This document shows positions 35,282 through 37,057 of a stretch of DNA of 37,057 bases, piece by piece. Below the pieces are notes generated by a model. That model was not told where the DNA came from, did not search any database, and saw nothing but the letters and a program-made list of their open reading frames with translations. Position 1 is the first letter of the stretch. Every line of letters begins with the position of its first letter. Position numbers and translations under genes: made by a program. The DNA is from Clostridia bacterium (lineage in GTDB: Bacteria; Bacillota; Clostridia; UMGS1883): the NCBI GenBank assembly GCA_045580605.1, contig JAZNOC010000055.1, forward strand, positions 1-37,057. The letters run 5' to 3'.

Positions 35282-35836
35282 ATGTATATTGTTAAGGAGA
35301 GATTAAATGAAACCATAAATGAGCTTGAAAGCACGCTTAAGAATTACGTGCTTCCGCTTTGGGAAGAGCTTCCCGATATAGAACTTTATATGGATCAGGT
35401 TATTACACTTACAGAGAAGTATCTCTCTGTTTTTTCGGGGGCAACGACAAATAAGATAATCACCCACTCGATGATAAATAACTATGTTAAGCTCGAAATT
35501 ATCCCCGCACCTGTTAAGAAAAAATACTCACGCATACATCTTGCATATTTAATTTTGCTTTGCACGCTTAAGCAAACGCTTGATATATCTACGATTAAAA
35601 AAATCATTGGGGCAAATCTTTCGGAGGAAGAGGTAAAGAAAATTTACAATTCCTTTGTAAAAAATCAGCAGAAGGCATTTTTGTATGTTACCGAAAATGT
35701 TCGCTCTGTTGCCGACCCCATTCTTAATTTAGAGGGCGACAATCAGGATAGAATGAACGATTTGCTTTTGCAGGTCGCATCCTCAGCAAACATCTTTAAA
35801 ATAATGACAAAAAAAATCACAGACCTTTCCGAATAA
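35282..35836 (+). CDS. DUF1836-like protein
   Basis: LPDIELYMDQVITLTEKYL ... MINNYVKLEIIPAPVKKKYSRIHLAYLILLCTLKQ resembles DUF1836. Assigned from memory. Confidence 0.5.
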   Translation: MYIVKERLNETINELESTLKNYVLPLWEELPDIELYMDQVITLTEKYLSVFSGATTNKIITHSMINNYVKLEIIPAPVKKKYSRIHLAYLILLCTLKQTLDISTIKKIIGANLSEEEVKKIYNSFVKNQQKAFLYVTENVRSVADPILNLEGDNQDRMNDLLLQVASSANIFKIMTKKITDLSE

Positions 35837-35840
35837 TTGC

Positions 35841-35869
35841 TTGACAAAGAAATGTGATTATTATAAAAT
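35841..35869 (+). promoter_or_regulatory. Promoter of guaB
   Basis: TTGACA (35841-35846), 17-nt spacer, TAAAAT (35864-35869). Confidence 0.55.
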
Positions 35870-35906
35870 AATATGAAATACACAAAGATAAGGAGAGAGA
35901 TTATTT

Positions 35907-36879
35907 ATGGCATATTATTTCAGCGAGCCTTCACGTACATTCAGTGAATATTTGCTTGTTCCGGGTTACACAGGGGAAAATTGCATTCCCGCAAATGTAA
36001 GCCTTAAAACCCCGCTTGTAAAGTACAAAAAAGGGGTGGAGGAGCCGGCAATTTCCTTAAACATTCCGCTCGTTTCTGCAATTATGCAGTCAGTATCTAA
36101 CGATACAATGGCTATTGCGCTTGCAAAAGAGGGCGGTATTTCGTTTATATACGGCTCTCAGTCTATTGAGGATGAGGCCGCTATGGTTGCCCGTGTAAAG
36201 AGCTACAAGGCAGGCTTTGTAGTAAGCGACAGTAACCTTAAGATTGATTCAACTTTGGCCGATGTACTTGCACTTGTTGAGGAAAAGGGCCACAATACGA
36301 TGGCTGTTACCGAAGATGGCACGCCTAACGGCAAGCTTCTCGGCGTTGTAACAAGCCGTGATTACCGTGTTAGCCGTATGGAAACAACAATGAAGGTTAA
36401 AGACTTTATGACTCCGTTTGAAAAGCTTATTTGTGCTCCCGAAAGCACAACTCTTAAAGAGGCAAACGATATTATCTGGGAAAATAAGCTTAACTCTCTT
36501 CCGATTATAAATGACAAGCAGGAGCTTAAGTACTTTGTATTCAGAAAGGACTATTCTTCTCACAAGAATAACCCCAACGAAGTTCTTGACGCTCAGAAGC
36601 GCTATATCGTAGGTGCCGGTATTAACACCCTTGACTACGAAAAGCGTGTTCCCGCGCTTGTTGAATCAGGTGCAGACGTGCTTTGTATTGACTCTTCCGA
36701 GGGTTATACTGCATGGCAGGCAAAAACAATTGCTTTCATTCGTGAAAAATACGGCGAAAGCGTAAAGGTTGGCGCAGGTAACGTCGTTGACCGCGAAGGC
36801 TTTATGTTCCTTGCAAAAGCAGGCGCTGACTTTATAAAGATTGGTATCGGCGGCGGGAGTATCTGTATCACACGGGAGG
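35907..36879 (+). CDS. guaB: IMP dehydrogenase (long clostridial type with CBS pair), 5' partial
   Basis: LLVPGYT, a CBS pair, DSSEGY and the catalytic loop [12 protein letters not shown]. The apparent end EVGS-stop (36880-36893) is read out of adapter sequence, so the true gene continues beyond the window. Confidence 0.85.
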
Positions 36880-37057
36880 AAGTCGGATCGTAGCCATGTC
36901 GTTCTGTGGGCCAAGGAGTTGATAGCCCCAGTTGTCTTCCTAAGACCGCTTGGCCTCCGACTTGTTGACCGCGAAGGCTTTATGTTCCTTGCAAAAGCAG
37001 GCGCTGACTTTATAAAGATTGGTATCGGCGGCGGTAGTATCTGTATCACACGTGAGC
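36786..37057 (+). repeat. 94-nt direct duplication of guaB sequence flanking the adapter (36786-36879 and 36964-37057)
   Basis: The copies differ at 3 positions. Two are synonymous third-codon positions (GGG/GGT at 36857, CGG/CGT at 36876); the third (36879, G/C) is a first-codon position adjoining the adapter. The layout insert-adapter-insert is what a circularised short DNB template gives. Confidence 0.85.
36880..36963. other. MGI/BGISEQ (DNBSEQ) sequencing adapter junction; an assembly artefact
   Basis: 36880-36921 is AAGTCGGATCGTAGCCATGTCGTTCTGTGAGCCAAGGAGTTG with one mismatch at 36909. 36922-36931 is a 10-nt index-like ATAGCCCCAG. 36932-36963 is TTGTCTTCCTAAGACCGCTTGGCCTCCGACTT, the exact reverse complement of AAGTCGGAGGCCAAGCGGTCTTAGGAAGACAA. 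Confidence 0.9.

Noticed and set aside
36880-36963. An 84-nt insert in guaB with terminal 8-bp inverted repeats (AAGTCGGA / TCCGACTT), flanked by 94-nt direct repeats. At first sight it looks like a MITE with a long target duplication, a small structured RNA or intron, or a DGR template/variable repeat pair.
   Set aside because: The insert is a sequencing adapter junction (MGI/BGISEQ forward and reverse adapters plus index). The repeat differences are G/T and G/C, not adenine-specific, and no reverse transcriptase is nearby. It is an artefact, not biology.
1-37057. I looked for CRISPR repeats, tandem arrays, transposase/integrase/phage genes, nuclease-helicase-type defence operons and selenocysteine or frameshift signatures.
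   Set aside because: None were found by eye. Apart from the items listed, the gene order and the spacing of SD, promoters and terminators look like ordinary core chromosome.

Overview
This is a roughly 40% GC chromosomal segment that looks like a strictly anaerobic Firmicute (Clostridia-type; inferred from GerM lipoprotein, PFL, bifurcating [FeFe]-hydrogenase and TTGACA/TATAAT promoters). It is almost entirely housekeeping and energy metabolism. Left to right: pyruvate formate-lyase plus activase; a secreted cysteine peptidase; rluB; a Na+-decarboxylase/transcarboxylase-type biotin enzyme cluster; a sugar ABC transporter followed by an unknown secreted protein; an OmpR/HK two-component pair and GerM lipoprotein; a putative H2-sensing hydrogenase signalling module directly upstream of a hydABC-type electron-bifurcating hydrogenase operon; an AT-rich gap with a REPIN-like palindromic element, two tiny orphan genes and tRNA-Glu(CUC); TPP riboswitch-thiT; fadD; nagA plus a ROK-like kinase; araC; eamA; DUF1836; and the 5' part of guaB. 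I see no CRISPR array, transposase, integrase, phage genes or recognisable defence system. The most unusual biological feature is that PFL is split in-frame by a 129-nt cassette (stop, SD, stop, ATG). This yields a catalytic body and a free-standing 80-aa glycyl-radical domain. The second candidate is the DRTGG / RsbW-like kinase / sensory hydrogenase / DRTGG / PHP module. The last ~180 nt of the window are not biology: an MGI/BGISEQ adapter junction sits between two copies of a 94-nt guaB segment. This marks the window as metagenome/short-read derived, so the PFL insertion needs read-level validation.
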